Source: an uncultured bacterium
Lineage (GTDB): Bacteria > DYJV01
Length of the DNA stretch: 64,000 nucleotides
Direction of reading: 5' to 3'
NCBI GenBank assembly: GCA_964543655.1
Contig: CAZIZE010000009.1
Location: 9,533 to 73,532 of the forward strand
Notes under the pieces: generated by a model
Seen by the model: the letters and a program-made list of their open reading frames with translations, nothing else
What the model was told of the DNA's origin: nothing
Databases searched by the model: none
In this document: one piece after another, positions 19,304 through 30,416 of the stretch
How positions within the stretch are numbered: position 1 is the stretch's first letter
Layout: each line of letters begins with the position of its first letter
Position numbers and translations under genes: made by a program

Positions 19304-21508
19304 TTAATTAATATATCTTTCAAGTGCTGAAAAATAGCTCTTTTTTAAAGCCATTACATCCATATCCACTATATTATTTATCTTAAAAAATGTGCCTCCA
19401 GTCTCTCCAATAACATTGAAGGTAAGCCCTGAATCTTTTAAAATAGCTTCAACATCAGATAAATTTTTCTTATCTATAGAAACAATTACCCTGCCTTGCG
19501 ATTCTGAAAAAAGGAGATAAATATCATCTATATCAATGGAATAAGATATGTTGGCACCAATTGGGTAATCCCCTGTAATACAACACTCTGCAAGAGCAAC
19601 TGCAAGCCCCCCTTCTGAGACATCATGTGCTGATTTTAGCAATTTCTGGTTATTAAGCTTTAAAATAGTATCTATTAATAGCTTTTCTTTAAAAATATCA
19701 ATCTCTGGTGCTTTTCCCTTTACCATATTATGAAACAATGAAAGATATTCAGAGCCACCTAACTCCTCTTTGGTTTCACCAATTAATATAATTACATCTC
19801 CTATTGCTTTAAAAGATTGCGTAAGATGATTTTCAATATTTTCAAGCAAACCAACCATACCAACTGTTGGTGTGGGGAAAATTGGCGTACCAGATGTCTC
19901 ATTGTAAAAGCTAACATTACCACTAACTACAGGTGTTTTCAAGACCTCACAAGCATTTGCCATACCTTCTACTGCCTCTTTGAACTGCCACATAATCTCT
20001 GGCTTTTCAGGATTACCAAAATTGAGGCAATCTGTTATTGCCATAGGTCTTGCACCGCTGCATGCAACATTTCTTGCTGCTTCAGCAACAGCAATCTGAG
20101 CACCAGTATAGGGGTTTAAAAAACAGTATCTACTGTTGCAATCAGTTGAAATAGCAACAGCTTTACTGGTGCCTTTTATTCTAATTACAGCAGCATCTGA
20201 ACCAGGCAGAACAACAGTATTTATTCTAACCATATGGTCATACTGCTCATAAATCCACTTTTTACTACAAATATTTAAAGATGAAAGCATTGAATCAAGC
20301 ACTTCATTGTAATCTCTATTAAAATTTAAAGAGGAAATATCAAATGAATTAACATCTTTTAAATATTCAGGCTCTTTAACCGGCCTATTGTACACAGGCG
20401 CCTCATCAGCAATTGAATTAACAGGGATATCAGCAACTTTTTCATTTTTAAAGTATAGTTGAAATTTGCCTGTATCAGTAACTTCACCAACAACAACTGC
20501 ATCTAAATCCCATTTAGCAAAAATCTCTTTTACTTTCTCCTCATAACCTTTTTTGGCAACAATGAGCATCCTTTCCTGAGATTCTGATAACATCATTTCA
20601 TAAGGTGTCATTCCATCTTCTCTAACAGGTATATTATCAAGATTAAGAATAATTCCTGTGCCTGCTCTACCAGCCATTTCAACAGAAGAAGATGTTAAAC
20701 CTGCGGCACCCATATCTTGAATACCAACTATGTAATCTTTACTCATTAATTCAAGACATGCTTCAAGCAACCGTTTCTCTGTAAATGGGTCTCCCACTTG
20801 CACAGTTGGCCTTTTCTCCTCTGAAGTTTCATCAAATTCTTCTGATGCAAGAAGTGAACACCCATGTATTCCATCTCTCCCTGTTTTTGACCCAACATAA
20901 ATTACCGGGTTTCCCACCCCTGATGCGTATCCATAAAATATTTTATCTTTTTCAACTACTCCAAGGTTAAAAACATTAACCAAAATATTACCATTGTAAC
21001 ATTTATCAAAATATGTTTCTCCTCCAACAGTGGGGACTCCCATACAATTGCCATAATCTGCTATTCCTGATACAACACCTGATAACAAATATTTAGTTCT
21101 TTCATTATCAGGCTCTCCAAATCTAAGAGAATCCATACTTGCAATTGGCCTTGCTCCCATTGTAAAGATATCTCTTAAAATTCCACCAACTCCTGTTGCA
21201 GCACCCTGATAAGGCTCAACAAAAGATGGATGGTTATGGCTTTCCATTTTAAATGCAACGGCAAGATTATCACCAATATCTATAATACCTGCATTTTCAC
21301 CGGGACCCTGTATTACCCACTTAGCATCAGTTGGAAATTTTTTCAGATGAATCCTTGAGCTCTTATAGCTACAATGCTCACTCCACATTACAGAAAAAAT
21401 CCCTATCTCAGTAAGATTAGGCTTTCTTCCAAGAATATTTATAATATTCTCATATTCCTCCTCTGTTAAGCCATGCTCCAAAGCAATGTTCAAATCAACA
21501 CATTCCAT
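19304..21508 (-). CDS. purL: Phosphoribosylformylglycinamidine synthase subunit PurL
   Basis: 734 aa small-type PurL with typical N-terminus ([14 protein letters not shown]) and an AIR-synthase-related duplicated domain. Confidence 0.9.
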   Translation of the reverse strand: MECVDLNIALEHGLTEEEYENIINILGRKPNLTEIGIFSVMWSEHCSYKSSRIHLKKFPTDAKWVIQGPGENAGIIDIGDNLAVAFKMESHNHPSFVEPYQGAATGVGGILRDIFTMGARPIASMDSLRFGEPDNERTKYLLSGVVSGIADYGNCMGVPTVGGETYFDKCYNGNILVNVFNLGVVEKDKIFYGYASGVGNPVIYVGSKTGRDGIHGCSLLASEEFDETSEEKRPTVQVGDPFTEKRLLEACLELMSKDYIVGIQDMGAAGLTSSSVEMAGRAGTGIILNLDNIPVREDGMTPYEMMLSESQERMLIVAKKGYEEKVKEIFAKWDLDAVVVGEVTDTGKFQLYFKNEKVADIPVNSIADEAPVYNRPVKEPEYLKDVNSFDISSLNFNRDYNEVLDSMLSSLNICSKKWIYEQYDHMVRINTVVLPGSDAAVIRIKGTSKAVAISTDCNSRYCFLNPYTGAQIAVAEAARNVACSGARPMAITDCLNFGNPEKPEIMWQFKEAVEGMANACEVLKTPVVSGNVSFYNETSGTPIFPTPTVGMVGLLENIENHLTQSFKAIGDVIILIGETKEELGGSEYLSLFHNMVKGKAPEIDIFKEKLLIDTILKLNNQKLLKSAHDVSEGGLAVALAECCITGDYPIGANISYSIDIDDIYLLFSESQGRVIVSIDKKNLSDVEAILKDSGLTFNVIGETGGTFFKINNIVDMDVMALKKSYFSALERYIN

Positions 21509-21524
21509 TTATATAACTCCTGAT

Positions 21525-22049
21525 TTATAATTTTTTAATTTTATGCTTTATCCTTCTTAATTTTTTTGGCAATCTTTTAGGATTACCTTTTTTCTTTGTA
21601 TCCAACCTTTTATCAAAATTTTCTTCATCATCTATAACACCTTTTGTGTTAAAGTAAAGAGCAAACTCCAATTTTGAAATAAAATCATCTGAATTAATAG
21701 GAGTGGCGTGGTTCAAATTTGCACAATTTTTTATTTCATTATCAGATGAAACAACAATATATTTTTCACCATTAGATTTAAGCTTTTCTTTTATAAAATC
21801 ATCAGCTGTGACTCCAGTAGGTGTGAAAATTATATTAATTCCCCTACTTGAAAATTTTGAAGGTAAAAGGTTGTAAATATTGTATGCATCAAAAACAATG
21901 GTTATTTTATGCTTTTTTATTTTTCTATAATTTACTAAAATTTCAATTAATTCTTCCCTTGCTAACTCAGGGGACTTTTTAAATTTTAACTTTAGTGAAT
22001 GCCAGGCATTTATCAGATTGTATCCATCTATTATTATCTCTAAAGACAT
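21525..22049 (-). CDS. NYN/YacP-like (PIN-related) domain protein
   Basis: LEIIIDGYNLINAW... with conserved acidic residues typical of the YacP NYN domain. Lys-rich tail. Confidence 0.6.
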   Translation of the reverse strand: MSLEIIIDGYNLINAWHSLKLKFKKSPELAREELIEILVNYRKIKKHKITIVFDAYNIYNLLPSKFSSRGINIIFTPTGVTADDFIKEKLKSNGEKYIVVSSDNEIKNCANLNHATPINSDDFISKLEFALYFNTKGVIDDEENFDKRLDTKKKGNPKRLPKKLRRIKHKIKKL

Positions 22050-22969
22050 TATTCAACAAAAGTTAACCAATCAATATGCTTTTCATCTTCACATTTTGCA
22101 TATTCAAAAAATTTCTTTTGCAAATGTTTTGTAATTTTACCAGCTCTGCCAATGCCTATTATCCTTCCATCAACTTCCCTAATAGGAGTTATCTCAGCTG
22201 CTGTCCCGGTAAAAAAAGCTTCCTCAGCTATATAAATATCATCCCTTGTTAATGGATACTCTCTTACTTCATATCCCTCTTCTCTAATTATTTCCATAAC
22301 TGTATTTCTTGTAATACCTGGTAAAATCGATATTTTAGGTGGAGTATAAAATACATTATCTCTCAAAATAAAAATATTTTCACCTGATGCCTCACAAACA
22401 AATCCTGAAGAATCAAGCATTAAAGCCTCATCATAACCATTTTCAACAGCTTCCTTTTTTGCAAGAATAGAGTTAACATAAGCACCACAAATCTTAGCAC
22501 GGGTCATTGAGGTATTAACACCATGCCTGGTAAAAGATGAAGTCTTTACTTTTATACCTTTTTCAATACCTTCCTCACCAAGATATTTACCAAAAGGGAT
22601 AGCAATAATGGCTGTTTTCACTGGATATTCTTTAACATATAGGCCAATTGAGCTTGGTCCAACAAAGGATATTGGTCTAATATAACCATCTCCAATTTTG
22701 TTTACCTTAACTGTATCCACAATTGCTTTGAAAATATCTTCTCTGCTAAATGGGATATTCATTTCTACTATTTTGGCTGAATCAAAAAGTCTGTCCACAT
22801 GCTCTTTTAATTTAAAAACAGCTGTCTTTCCCTTTGCAGTAGCATAACATCTAATACCCTCAAATACTCCTAAACCATAATGTAAAGTATGAGTTAAAAT
22901 ATGAACATTTGCTTCTTCCCATGGGATGAATTTTCCGTCCATCCATATTTTTTCAGCCAATACTTTCAT
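22049..22969 (-). CDS. ilvE: Branched-chain amino acid aminotransferase
   Basis: WMDGKFIPWEEANVHILTHTLHYGLGVFEGIRCY and 306 aa match the fold type IV aminotransferase. Confidence 0.85.
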   Translation of the reverse strand: MKVLAEKIWMDGKFIPWEEANVHILTHTLHYGLGVFEGIRCYATAKGKTAVFKLKEHVDRLFDSAKIVEMNIPFSREDIFKAIVDTVKVNKIGDGYIRPISFVGPSSIGLYVKEYPVKTAIIAIPFGKYLGEEGIEKGIKVKTSSFTRHGVNTSMTRAKICGAYVNSILAKKEAVENGYDEALMLDSSGFVCEASGENIFILRDNVFYTPPKISILPGITRNTVMEIIREEGYEVREYPLTRDDIYIAEEAFFTGTAAEITPIREVDGRIIGIGRAGKITKHLQKKFFEYAKCEDEKHIDWLTFVE

Positions 22970-23246
22970 ACATCTCCTCCTTTTTTTCTTTCCTCTTTAC
23001 GTTTAATGTGATAATAAAATTATGTCAAGTAAATTTTTATTTAATATTGACTTTTTACAATATTTTATAATATCAATTATCCTTAAAACTTGAAAAACAT
23101 TGTGCAGAGGTGTTAAAAATTTCAATCTCTAATGCAGTTTTAAAGAATAATAGCAATTATTGCAATTAGAGAATTTTTCTGTTTTAAACAATATTTATGA
23201 TATTTTATTTTTCAACTTTAACCATCATTTATATACAGGAGCGTTA

Positions 23247-24857
23247 ATGAAAAAATTGACCAATCTTTTTATAATTATTGTAATATTTTTCATGTTTACT
23301 CCATCACTTCATTCATACTTCAGGGGAGTGCACTATTGGGGTAATTCATGGACAGTTATGTTCTGGAACAGCTTAGAATTAAAAAATGTGGATAATGATT
23401 TTAAAAAAATTAAAAAAGATGGTTTCAATACAATTATACTTGCAATTCCATGGGGAGAATTTCAACCTACACTTAATCCTATTACGTATAACTATTTTGC
23501 ATTAAATCGGCTTAAATTTTTGCTAAAAAAAGCCCAGCAACACAATTTATACGTTATATTAAGAGTAAGTTATTCGTGGGATTTTTACCCAAAAGTAACT
23601 CCTTCTGTTCAGGAAAGGTTCATAAAAATTTTTTTTGATAACTCAATTTTAAATTCATGGAGTCTATATTTAAAAAAAATCTACTCAATAGCTAAAAGCT
23701 ACCCCAATTTTCTTTCAGGCTTTATAACATGGGAAGATTTTTTCCTATTTTATCAATTTACAGTTATGAATAAATCGTTACGAAAAAAATATGCAAATGA
23801 AATTGGATTTGTTGATTTTTTAAAAAAAAGATACTCTTTAAAAGATATTTCAAAAATTTATGATATTAAATTCCACTTATGGTCACAGATTTATATTCCA
23901 TCAAAAAAAGAACCTGCTTTTAAGTTATTCCTTCAATACTGGGATTTTCTTCTTACAAAAAGGATTCTTTTAACTGCTAAAAAAGTATTTCCAAAACTGA
24001 GCATGGAGATCCGTATTGATAAAGATCCAATTTACTCAAAAAAGGGCAAAATTATTCAGTGGTATGACCATACTGAGCAGTATAAATCAAATCTTGATTT
24101 TTTTACAATATACTACACACCTGCATGGGGGGCTAAAAATATCTGGAATTATGAGCTTTCAGATACAGCAATAAAAAGATTTAAATATATGCTCAAAGAT
24201 GTAAAATCTAAAATTTCAGGTAAATATTTATTTATTGACCAATTTAACTTTTATGATGATTCACCACCAAGTATTGGCAATACCATTATTCATCCAGGAT
24301 TTATTCCTGACTTTCTTGATAAGGCATGTAATTTACTTAAAAGATATACCAGAGGTTATGCTTTATGGACATATAAAGATTATGAAGGTAGTATGATATT
24401 TAATGGTTTTTTTGAAATGGGTAAATTAGGATGGAATACAAAAGGTAAAGCCAAAATAGTAAATTATAACAATGATAAAATGCTAAAGCTCTATACAGGA
24501 AGTTCAGTAAATCAATATATTTCAAAGGAAAGAGAAAATATTGGATGGTTTTCATTTTATAAAAATATTAATCTATGCTTTAAAGCATTTAGCAAAGGTA
24601 AAAGTAGTGTTCTTGAAATCGGCAACAGCCAGGGTTTTAAAAAGAAAATTTTATTAAATCAACATTTAAAAAACTTTTGTTTTAAATTTCCATACAGTTC
24701 TAACTACAATATCTATTTTAAATCATTAATTGGAAGCTCTGTTATAGACAATGTAAAACTGTTTGGCTGTATTCAGAGACAACTCCTTTATGATAGCAAT
24801 TATAACCCAGAATGTTTACTGGAAAGCATTAGAAAATTAAACAACTGCTTAAAATAA
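23247..24857 (+). CDS. Secreted TIM-barrel glycoside hydrolase-like protein (GH-A clan-like: GH5/GH35/GH42-type N-terminal region)
   Basis: Signal peptide MKKLTNLFIIIVIFFMFTPSLHS. GFNTIILAIPWGEFQPTLNPITYNYFALNRLKFLLKKAQQHNLYVILRVSY follows the 'W..EP..G.Y.F..LD..L..A...GL.VIL' pattern of GH-A enzymes. Start moved to ATG 23247 (AGGAG 6 nt upstream). Confidence 0.4.
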   Translation: MKKLTNLFIIIVIFFMFTPSLHSYFRGVHYWGNSWTVMFWNSLELKNVDNDFKKIKKDGFNTIILAIPWGEFQPTLNPITYNYFALNRLKFLLKKAQQHNLYVILRVSYSWDFYPKVTPSVQERFIKIFFDNSILNSWSLYLKKIYSIAKSYPNFLSGFITWEDFFLFYQFTVMNKSLRKKYANEIGFVDFLKKRYSLKDISKIYDIKFHLWSQIYIPSKKEPAFKLFLQYWDFLLTKRILLTAKKVFPKLSMEIRIDKDPIYSKKGKIIQWYDHTEQYKSNLDFFTIYYTPAWGAKNIWNYELSDTAIKRFKYMLKDVKSKISGKYLFIDQFNFYDDSPPSIGNTIIHPGFIPDFLDKACNLLKRYTRGYALWTYKDYEGSMIFNGFFEMGKLGWNTKGKAKIVNYNNDKMLKLYTGSSVNQYISKERENIGWFSFYKNINLCFKAFSKGKSSVLEIGNSQGFKKKILLNQHLKNFCFKFPYSSNYNIYFKSLIGSSVIDNVKLFGCIQRQLLYDSNYNPECLLESIRKLNNCLK

Positions 24858-24858
24858 A

Positions 24859-26028
24859 ATGTATGCAATTAAAATAAAAGAGATAAACAAAACTTATAAA
24901 CTATATTCAAAACCTGTTGATAGGTTAAAAGAATTTGTTTTAAAAAAGAGATTGCACAAAGAGATTATTGCACTTAAAGATATTTCTTTAAACATCAGGG
25001 CTGGAGAAATAGTTGGTATTGTTGGAGATAATGGTGCAGGCAAGAGCACATTATTAAAAATTCTTGCTGGCACTTTAAAACAGACCAGCGGGGAAATTGA
25101 AATTAATGGAAGGGTTGCTGCTCTTCTTGAACTTGGGGCTGGATTTCATCCTGAATTTACCGGATTACAAAATATATATTTAAATGGTTCATTGTTGGGG
25201 CTATCACGGGAAGAAATTGAAAAAAAGGAGAAAGAAATAATTGATTTTTCAGAGTTAGGAGATTTTATTAATCAGCCTGTAAAAACCTATTCATCTGGTA
25301 TGTATGTGAGGCTTGCTTTTTCAATTGCAACTTCAGTTGACCCCGATATTTTGATAATTGATGAAGCTCTCTCAGTTGGGGATCAACATTTTCAAAAAAA
25401 GTGCATTGATAAAATGATGGATTTTTGCAAATCAAATAAAACTGTGGTATTTTGCTCTCACAGCTATTATCATCTTCAGGAGCTTTGCAAAAGAGGCATC
25501 TGGATTGATAATGGAAGTGTTAAGTTTGACGGAAACATAAAGGATACTATTCAGGTGTACCAGAATCATGTTGCAAATAAAGCAAATAAAAACAATCAAG
25601 AAAATGTCAATGAAAAAGAGAAATTAATTTTTATAAAAAAAATCTGGTTTGAAAAAAGTAATGGCAAAACAGAAGATAAATTCTTTCCAGATGAAGAAAT
25701 ATTATTAAAAATGGAAATAGGAAATTTAACGAATCTATCTGCAAAGGGACATGTTGGACTTGGAATTATCAGATATGACGATATTCTTGCTTTTGGCTCT
25801 ACAACGCTTCTTGATAATTATAAAGAATTTCCACTTGAAAATGGCACTGTTAAAACAATGAGAATAAAAAGCCTTCCTTTATTGCCAGGTAGATATATGG
25901 TTTATGGAATACTTGTAGATGAAAGTGGTTTGCACCCATACGATATTCAAAAATCTGAGCCTTTTAAAATTGTTTCAAATAGCAAAGCATATGGTATGAT
26001 TCAGATGGAGTATTGTTGGGAGGATTAA
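24859..26028 (+). CDS. Wzt/TagH-type polysaccharide ABC transporter ATP-binding protein with C-terminal extension domain
   Basis: Walker A GDNGAGKST, signature SSGMYVRLAF, Walker B ILIIDEALSVGD. The Wzt-typical stretch RVAALLELGAGFHPEFTGLQNIYLNGSLLG is present. About 140 extra C-terminal residues, as in Wzt carbohydrate-binding domains. Confidence 0.75.
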   Translation: MYAIKIKEINKTYKLYSKPVDRLKEFVLKKRLHKEIIALKDISLNIRAGEIVGIVGDNGAGKSTLLKILAGTLKQTSGEIEINGRVAALLELGAGFHPEFTGLQNIYLNGSLLGLSREEIEKKEKEIIDFSELGDFINQPVKTYSSGMYVRLAFSIATSVDPDILIIDEALSVGDQHFQKKCIDKMMDFCKSNKTVVFCSHSYYHLQELCKRGIWIDNGSVKFDGNIKDTIQVYQNHVANKANKNNQENVNEKEKLIFIKKIWFEKSNGKTEDKFFPDEEILLKMEIGNLTNLSAKGHVGLGIIRYDDILAFGSTTLLDNYKEFPLENGTVKTMRIKSLPLLPGRYMVYGILVDESGLHPYDIQKSEPFKIVSNSKAYGMIQMEYCWED

Positions 26029-26957
26029 TGTTTTATCCTATAATTTCAACACCTGTTGATACAGATTTTTTCAAAAAATTTATAGATTATAACATTGAAC
26101 TGCGAGCTTACAGCAAGGTTTCTTATATTTTAAGTTGCAAAGCAGCACAATTTAGAGGAATAAAAATAGCAATTAAATTAAAAAATGATTTTGAAAAAAT
26201 GTGCTCTGCTATTAGCAAGCTATTAAATGTCAATACTGAAAAAGCTAAAGAGATTAGCCTAAATGTGTTTGCAGCTGCAAGTATGGAAGAGATGGATGCT
26301 GTTAGAATTGGTTTAAAACAGGAAAAGTTTATAGAGAAACATGTAGAAATAGAAAACTGTTATTACATTAATGAGGTTATTAATAGAGGCACTGGTGGGA
26401 TAATTGCCCTGTTACATGAAGGTTCTTTTGCTTCAGTATTGTGCAAGTTTGGATTTACTTACAATTTTAAAGTAAACGCACTTGCATGGCCATACTTTGA
26501 AGCTGAATGCCCTATTTTTAGAAATTTTCTTGAGAGAAAAATTAATGGGATGTGTGAATTTATGAATGGCAAATTTTTTTACGTTGGATACATTAATGCA
26601 AAAGAATTTTACTCTAAAATTTTAAATAAAGAGTTAATTGCAATAGTACTTGATTCACCACTTGGAAACTCTGCAAAAATTCCCGTAAAATTTATGGGAA
26701 AAACTTTTCATTATCCATTTACAGCATTGAAAATAGCTTTTAAAACAAAGTCTCCATTAATACCGGTATTTACTTACAGAGACAGTGACTTTACAATTAA
26801 AGCAAAAGTGTTTCAACCAATTTATATAAAAAGCAGGGAAGAAATTCCAGAAAAAATGCAGAGTTTTTTTAATACCATTGAAAATGAGCTTATTAAATAT
26901 CCTCATGAATTTTTTTACTGGACTTCTCCAACTTGCTGGAACAGAATAGATGTATAA
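26013..26957 (+). CDS. Hypothetical protein, weakly lipid A acyltransferase (LpxL)-like
   Basis: 314 aa. GGIIALLHEGSF is loosely reminiscent of the HxGxWE region of LpxL-family acyltransferases, but lacks the HX4D motif. No clear TM helix. Assignment is weak. Confidence 0.3.
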   Translation: MLGGLMFYPIISTPVDTDFFKKFIDYNIELRAYSKVSYILSCKAAQFRGIKIAIKLKNDFEKMCSAISKLLNVNTEKAKEISLNVFAAASMEEMDAVRIGLKQEKFIEKHVEIENCYYINEVINRGTGGIIALLHEGSFASVLCKFGFTYNFKVNALAWPYFEAECPIFRNFLERKINGMCEFMNGKFFYVGYINAKEFYSKILNKELIAIVLDSPLGNSAKIPVKFMGKTFHYPFTALKIAFKTKSPLIPVFTYRDSDFTIKAKVFQPIYIKSREEIPEKMQSFFNTIENELIKYPHEFFYWTSPTCWNRIDV

Positions 26958-27843
26958 AATTTTTATAAACTATATAAAAAAAAATTATAAGAAACTTTTC
27001 CCTATTTTTGAAGAATCAGGGATTCATATTACTCATAATCACTTCTATTCACCTATTCCTGATACAAGATTTGTCAAAAAATGTTATTTTAATATGGATT
27101 ATATAGATATTGATATAAATACTCAATTACAGTGTTTAATTGAACTTTTTGAAAAATACCACATTGAGTTAAAAGAAATTAATGATAAATTTATAGGTAA
27201 CAATAGATTTGACGGACTTGATGCATATATAGCTTACCTTACTATAAGAGAAACATGCCCTATAAAAATTATTGAAATCGGTTCTGGTTTTTCCACATTA
27301 ATTCAATCAAAAGCATTAGAAAAAAATAATAAAGGGGAAATAATATGCATAGAACCATATCCTGACATGGAACTTTCATCAATTACCTGTGTTAAAGATG
27401 TTTTAAAAGAGAAACTTGAAAATATTAATATTGAATTTTTCAAACAACTTAAATATGGTGATATTCTATTTATTGACAGCTCACACATTGTTAAAACAGG
27501 CTCTGATGTGTTAAAAATTTTTTCAGAAATTTTACCAATACTAAATAGTGGTGTTATTGTACATTTTCATGATATATTTCTTCCTCTTGATTATCCTGTT
27601 AAATGGATTAAAGAGGAATACAGATTCTGGAATGAGCAATATATGCTCTATACATTTCTGTTATTTAATAACTCTTTTAAAACAATTTTTGCTAATAGTT
27701 ATCTTGGCTATAAATTTCCAGAGGAAATAAAAAAACTTTTGCCAGATAATTTTGTAAAAAATATTGAGAAAGTTTTTAAAGAATTCTTCCCTGAAATCAA
27801 CTGGTTTGGTGGTGGAAGTTTCTGGATAAAAAAAATTAATTAA
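26950..27843 (+). CDS. Class I SAM-dependent methyltransferase (TylF/MycF-like)
   Basis: Motif I-like IIEIGSGFST, an acidic residue after beta-2 (ICIEPYPD), and LFIDSSH. Confidence 0.5.
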   Translation: MYKIFINYIKKNYKKLFPIFEESGIHITHNHFYSPIPDTRFVKKCYFNMDYIDIDINTQLQCLIELFEKYHIELKEINDKFIGNNRFDGLDAYIAYLTIRETCPIKIIEIGSGFSTLIQSKALEKNNKGEIICIEPYPDMELSSITCVKDVLKEKLENINIEFFKQLKYGDILFIDSSHIVKTGSDVLKIFSEILPILNSGVIVHFHDIFLPLDYPVKWIKEEYRFWNEQYMLYTFLLFNNSFKTIFANSYLGYKFPEEIKKLLPDNFVKNIEKVFKEFFPEINWFGGGSFWIKKIN

Positions 27844-28194
27844 TATTTTCCATATTCTCACACCTTGACAATTTCAAAATCGTAATTCTATTATATATGA
27901 ATGGAGAAAAAGAGTGCTGTGTTAGAAAATACGTGTGAGCTACTGAGAATGAAGAATCCATAAATGGATAATTAATAAAAATTTTAGCATATCATGAAAA
28001 ACGCTGTGCAAAGGTCTTATACAATTTTCTACTTAAAATGATATTTGCGACAATTTGTTGTTAAAAGGTGTTTCAACGTTGAAATATGAATGTTGAGCCG
28101 TGAACTTGTATAAGGTATATAGGATAAAATTTAGAAATTAATGCTTAAACTATCAACAACTTTAAATTAATAACAAAATTAATGGAGGTAACAT

Positions 28195-30063
28195 ATGAGT
28201 GGCAGAAAGTTAAAGTTTAAAACTGAAGTAAATCAACTTCTGGATATTGTTATTAATTCATTATACTCACATAAAGAAATTTTCTTAAGAGAATTAATTT
28301 CAAATGCTTCAGATGCAATAGATAAATTAAAATTTGAATCATTAACCAATCCTGATATTTTAGAAGGAGATAATGATTTTAAAATTAAAATTATTGCAGA
28401 TAAAGATAATAAAACTTTAACTGTATCTGACAATGGTATTGGAATGACTGCTGATGAAATCAAAGAAAACTTAGGAACTATTGCTCATTCAAGCACTAAG
28501 GCATTTCTTGAAAAATTAAAACAAGATGCACAAGATGCAGATATAGAGCTAATTGGCCAATTTGGAGTAGGCTTTTACTCTGCATTTATGGTAGCAGATA
28601 AAGTTACTGTTATTACCAAAAAAGCTGGAGAAAAAAATGGTGTAAAATGGGAATCAAAAGCAGATGGTTTCTTTACAATTTCAGAATGTGAAAAAGAAAA
28701 GAGAGGCACTGATGTAATACTTCATTTAAAAGAGGATGAAACTAAATATCTTGAAGAGTGGGAAATAAGGAACCTTGTAAAAAAATACTCTGATTTTATT
28801 GAATATCCAATTGTTATGGAAGTAGAAAAAGATTCTACAATTGTTAAAGGAGAAAAAGTTAAAGAAGAAGAGATTCTTAATTCCCAAAAAGCCATATGGT
28901 TAAGAGATAAAAATGAAATTAAACAAACTGAGTATTGTGAATTTTACAAACATATCTCTCACGATTTTAATGATCCTCTTGAAATAATCCATTATAAAGT
29001 TGAAGGGACAGTAGAATTTACAGCTCTTCTTTTTATACCTAAGAAAAAGCCTTTTAATATCTATTTTAATGATTACAAAATTGGGCCAATGCTCTATGTA
29101 AAACGTGTTCAAATAATGGAAAATTGTGAGGAATTACTGCCACCTTATTTAAGATTTGTTAAGGGTGTTGTAGAATCTGCTGATTTACCACTAAATATTT
29201 CAAGGGAAATGCTTCAAAACAACAGGCAGGTTGAAATAATCAGAAAAAATCTTGTTTCCAAGATTATTGATACTTTGAAAAATATGAAGCAAAAAGATTT
29301 TGATAAATATTTATCATTCTATAAAGAATTTGGCACTATTTTAAAAGAAGGTATTCATATTGATTTTGCAAAAAAAGAGGAAATAGCATCACTACTGCTT
29401 TTTGAGTCCACCAAAACTGAGAAAGGCAAATACACTGATTTTGATAAATATATAGAAAATATGCTTCCAGAGCAAAAAGATATTTACTACATAACAGGTA
29501 ATAGCAGAGATGAACTTGAAAATTCTCCATACCTTGAGGCTTTTAAAGAAAAGGGCTATGAGGTACTATTTCTAACTGATGATATTGATGACTTTATTAT
29601 GGGAAGTTTAATTGAATATAAAGGAAAATCAGTAAAATCAGTTATAAAAGGAGATATAAAACTTGATGAAAAAAAATTTAATGAAAAAGAATTTAAAGAT
29701 TTTCTCAAATTTGTAAAAGAGCAGCTAAAAGATAAAATCAGTGATGTGAGATTTTCTGGTAGATTAAAAGATTCACCATGCTGTTTGGTTGCTGGTGAAA
29801 ATGACATGGATCCACATATGGCAAAGCTGTTTAAAGCAATGGGACAGGATGTTCCTACAATAACAAGAACTTTTGAATTAAACCCGGAGCATGAGTTAAT
29901 AAAAAAACTAAATGAAATTTATAAAAAAGATAAAAATAATAGTAAGTTGGAAAAATATATAGAGCTTCTGTATAATCAAGCTTTAATACTTGAAGGCTCA
30001 AAACCAGAAAATTTATCTCTATTTGTTAAGGATGTTGTGGAAATAATGAATCAAGCATTGTAA
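28195..30063 (+). CDS. htpG: Molecular chaperone HtpG (Hsp90)
   Basis: N-terminal GHKL ATPase signature HKEIFLRELISNASDAIDK. 622 aa. GGAGG RBS. Confidence 0.95.
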   Translation: MSGRKLKFKTEVNQLLDIVINSLYSHKEIFLRELISNASDAIDKLKFESLTNPDILEGDNDFKIKIIADKDNKTLTVSDNGIGMTADEIKENLGTIAHSSTKAFLEKLKQDAQDADIELIGQFGVGFYSAFMVADKVTVITKKAGEKNGVKWESKADGFFTISECEKEKRGTDVILHLKEDETKYLEEWEIRNLVKKYSDFIEYPIVMEVEKDSTIVKGEKVKEEEILNSQKAIWLRDKNEIKQTEYCEFYKHISHDFNDPLEIIHYKVEGTVEFTALLFIPKKKPFNIYFNDYKIGPMLYVKRVQIMENCEELLPPYLRFVKGVVESADLPLNISREMLQNNRQVEIIRKNLVSKIIDTLKNMKQKDFDKYLSFYKEFGTILKEGIHIDFAKKEEIASLLLFESTKTEKGKYTDFDKYIENMLPEQKDIYYITGNSRDELENSPYLEAFKEKGYEVLFLTDDIDDFIMGSLIEYKGKSVKSVIKGDIKLDEKKFNEKEFKDFLKFVKEQLKDKISDVRFSGRLKDSPCCLVAGENDMDPHMAKLFKAMGQDVPTITRTFELNPEHELIKKLNEIYKKDKNNSKLEKYIELLYNQALILEGSKPENLSLFVKDVVEIMNQAL

Positions 30064-30088
30064 AAACAATATTTATATTAAACTTCAT

Positions 30089-30123
30089 ATAGCCCTCATG
30101 TAAAAATGGGGGCTATTTTTTTG
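30089..30123 (+). terminator. Rho-independent terminator of htpG
   Basis: ATAGCCCtCAT-gtaaaa-ATGgGGGCTAT hairpin followed by TTTTTTT. Confidence 0.7.
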
Positions 30124-30203
30124 CAAAAAATAATGTGATTATACAAAATCCAACAGCAATTTTTTACACAGGTGCTCCTATTTGCCATCAAAGCTATTAT
30201 TTT

Positions 30204-30252
30204 GAGGGTGTTGGTCCAAAAAATCTCTTGCTTCAAGATTGGTTTTATATTT
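30204..30252. repeat. Intergenic repeat family 2, copy C
   Basis: gagggtgttggtccaaaaaatctcttgcttcaagattggttttatatt, 39/48 identical to 13288-13336. Contains the perfect hairpin TCTTG-ctt-CAAGA. Confidence 0.45.
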
Positions 30253-30416
30253 TAGGCCATAAAGATATTTCCACCACAAGAATCTATACAAAAACTTTAG
30301 ATTAATCCAGAAAAGAAGCATCAAAAATCATCTCAAATATTTTTAAATAGCTTTTCAAAAATGCTGTAATTTGATTTTTAGAAAATTGGAAGGCTCGTAA
30401 GTGATTGAAAATAAAA

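Noticed and set aside
23047-23075. TTGACT ... TATAAT-like promoter ahead of the GH-like gene
   Set aside because: Spacing between the hexamers is 13-15 nt rather than 16-18. Too uncertain to list as a feature.
27844-28194. CIRCE (HrcA) element or clear sigma32 promoter for htpG
   Set aside because: No TTAGCACTC-N9-GAGTGCTAA inverted repeat present. A TTGAAA -35-like hexamer exists but without a CCCCAT-type -10 at proper spacing.
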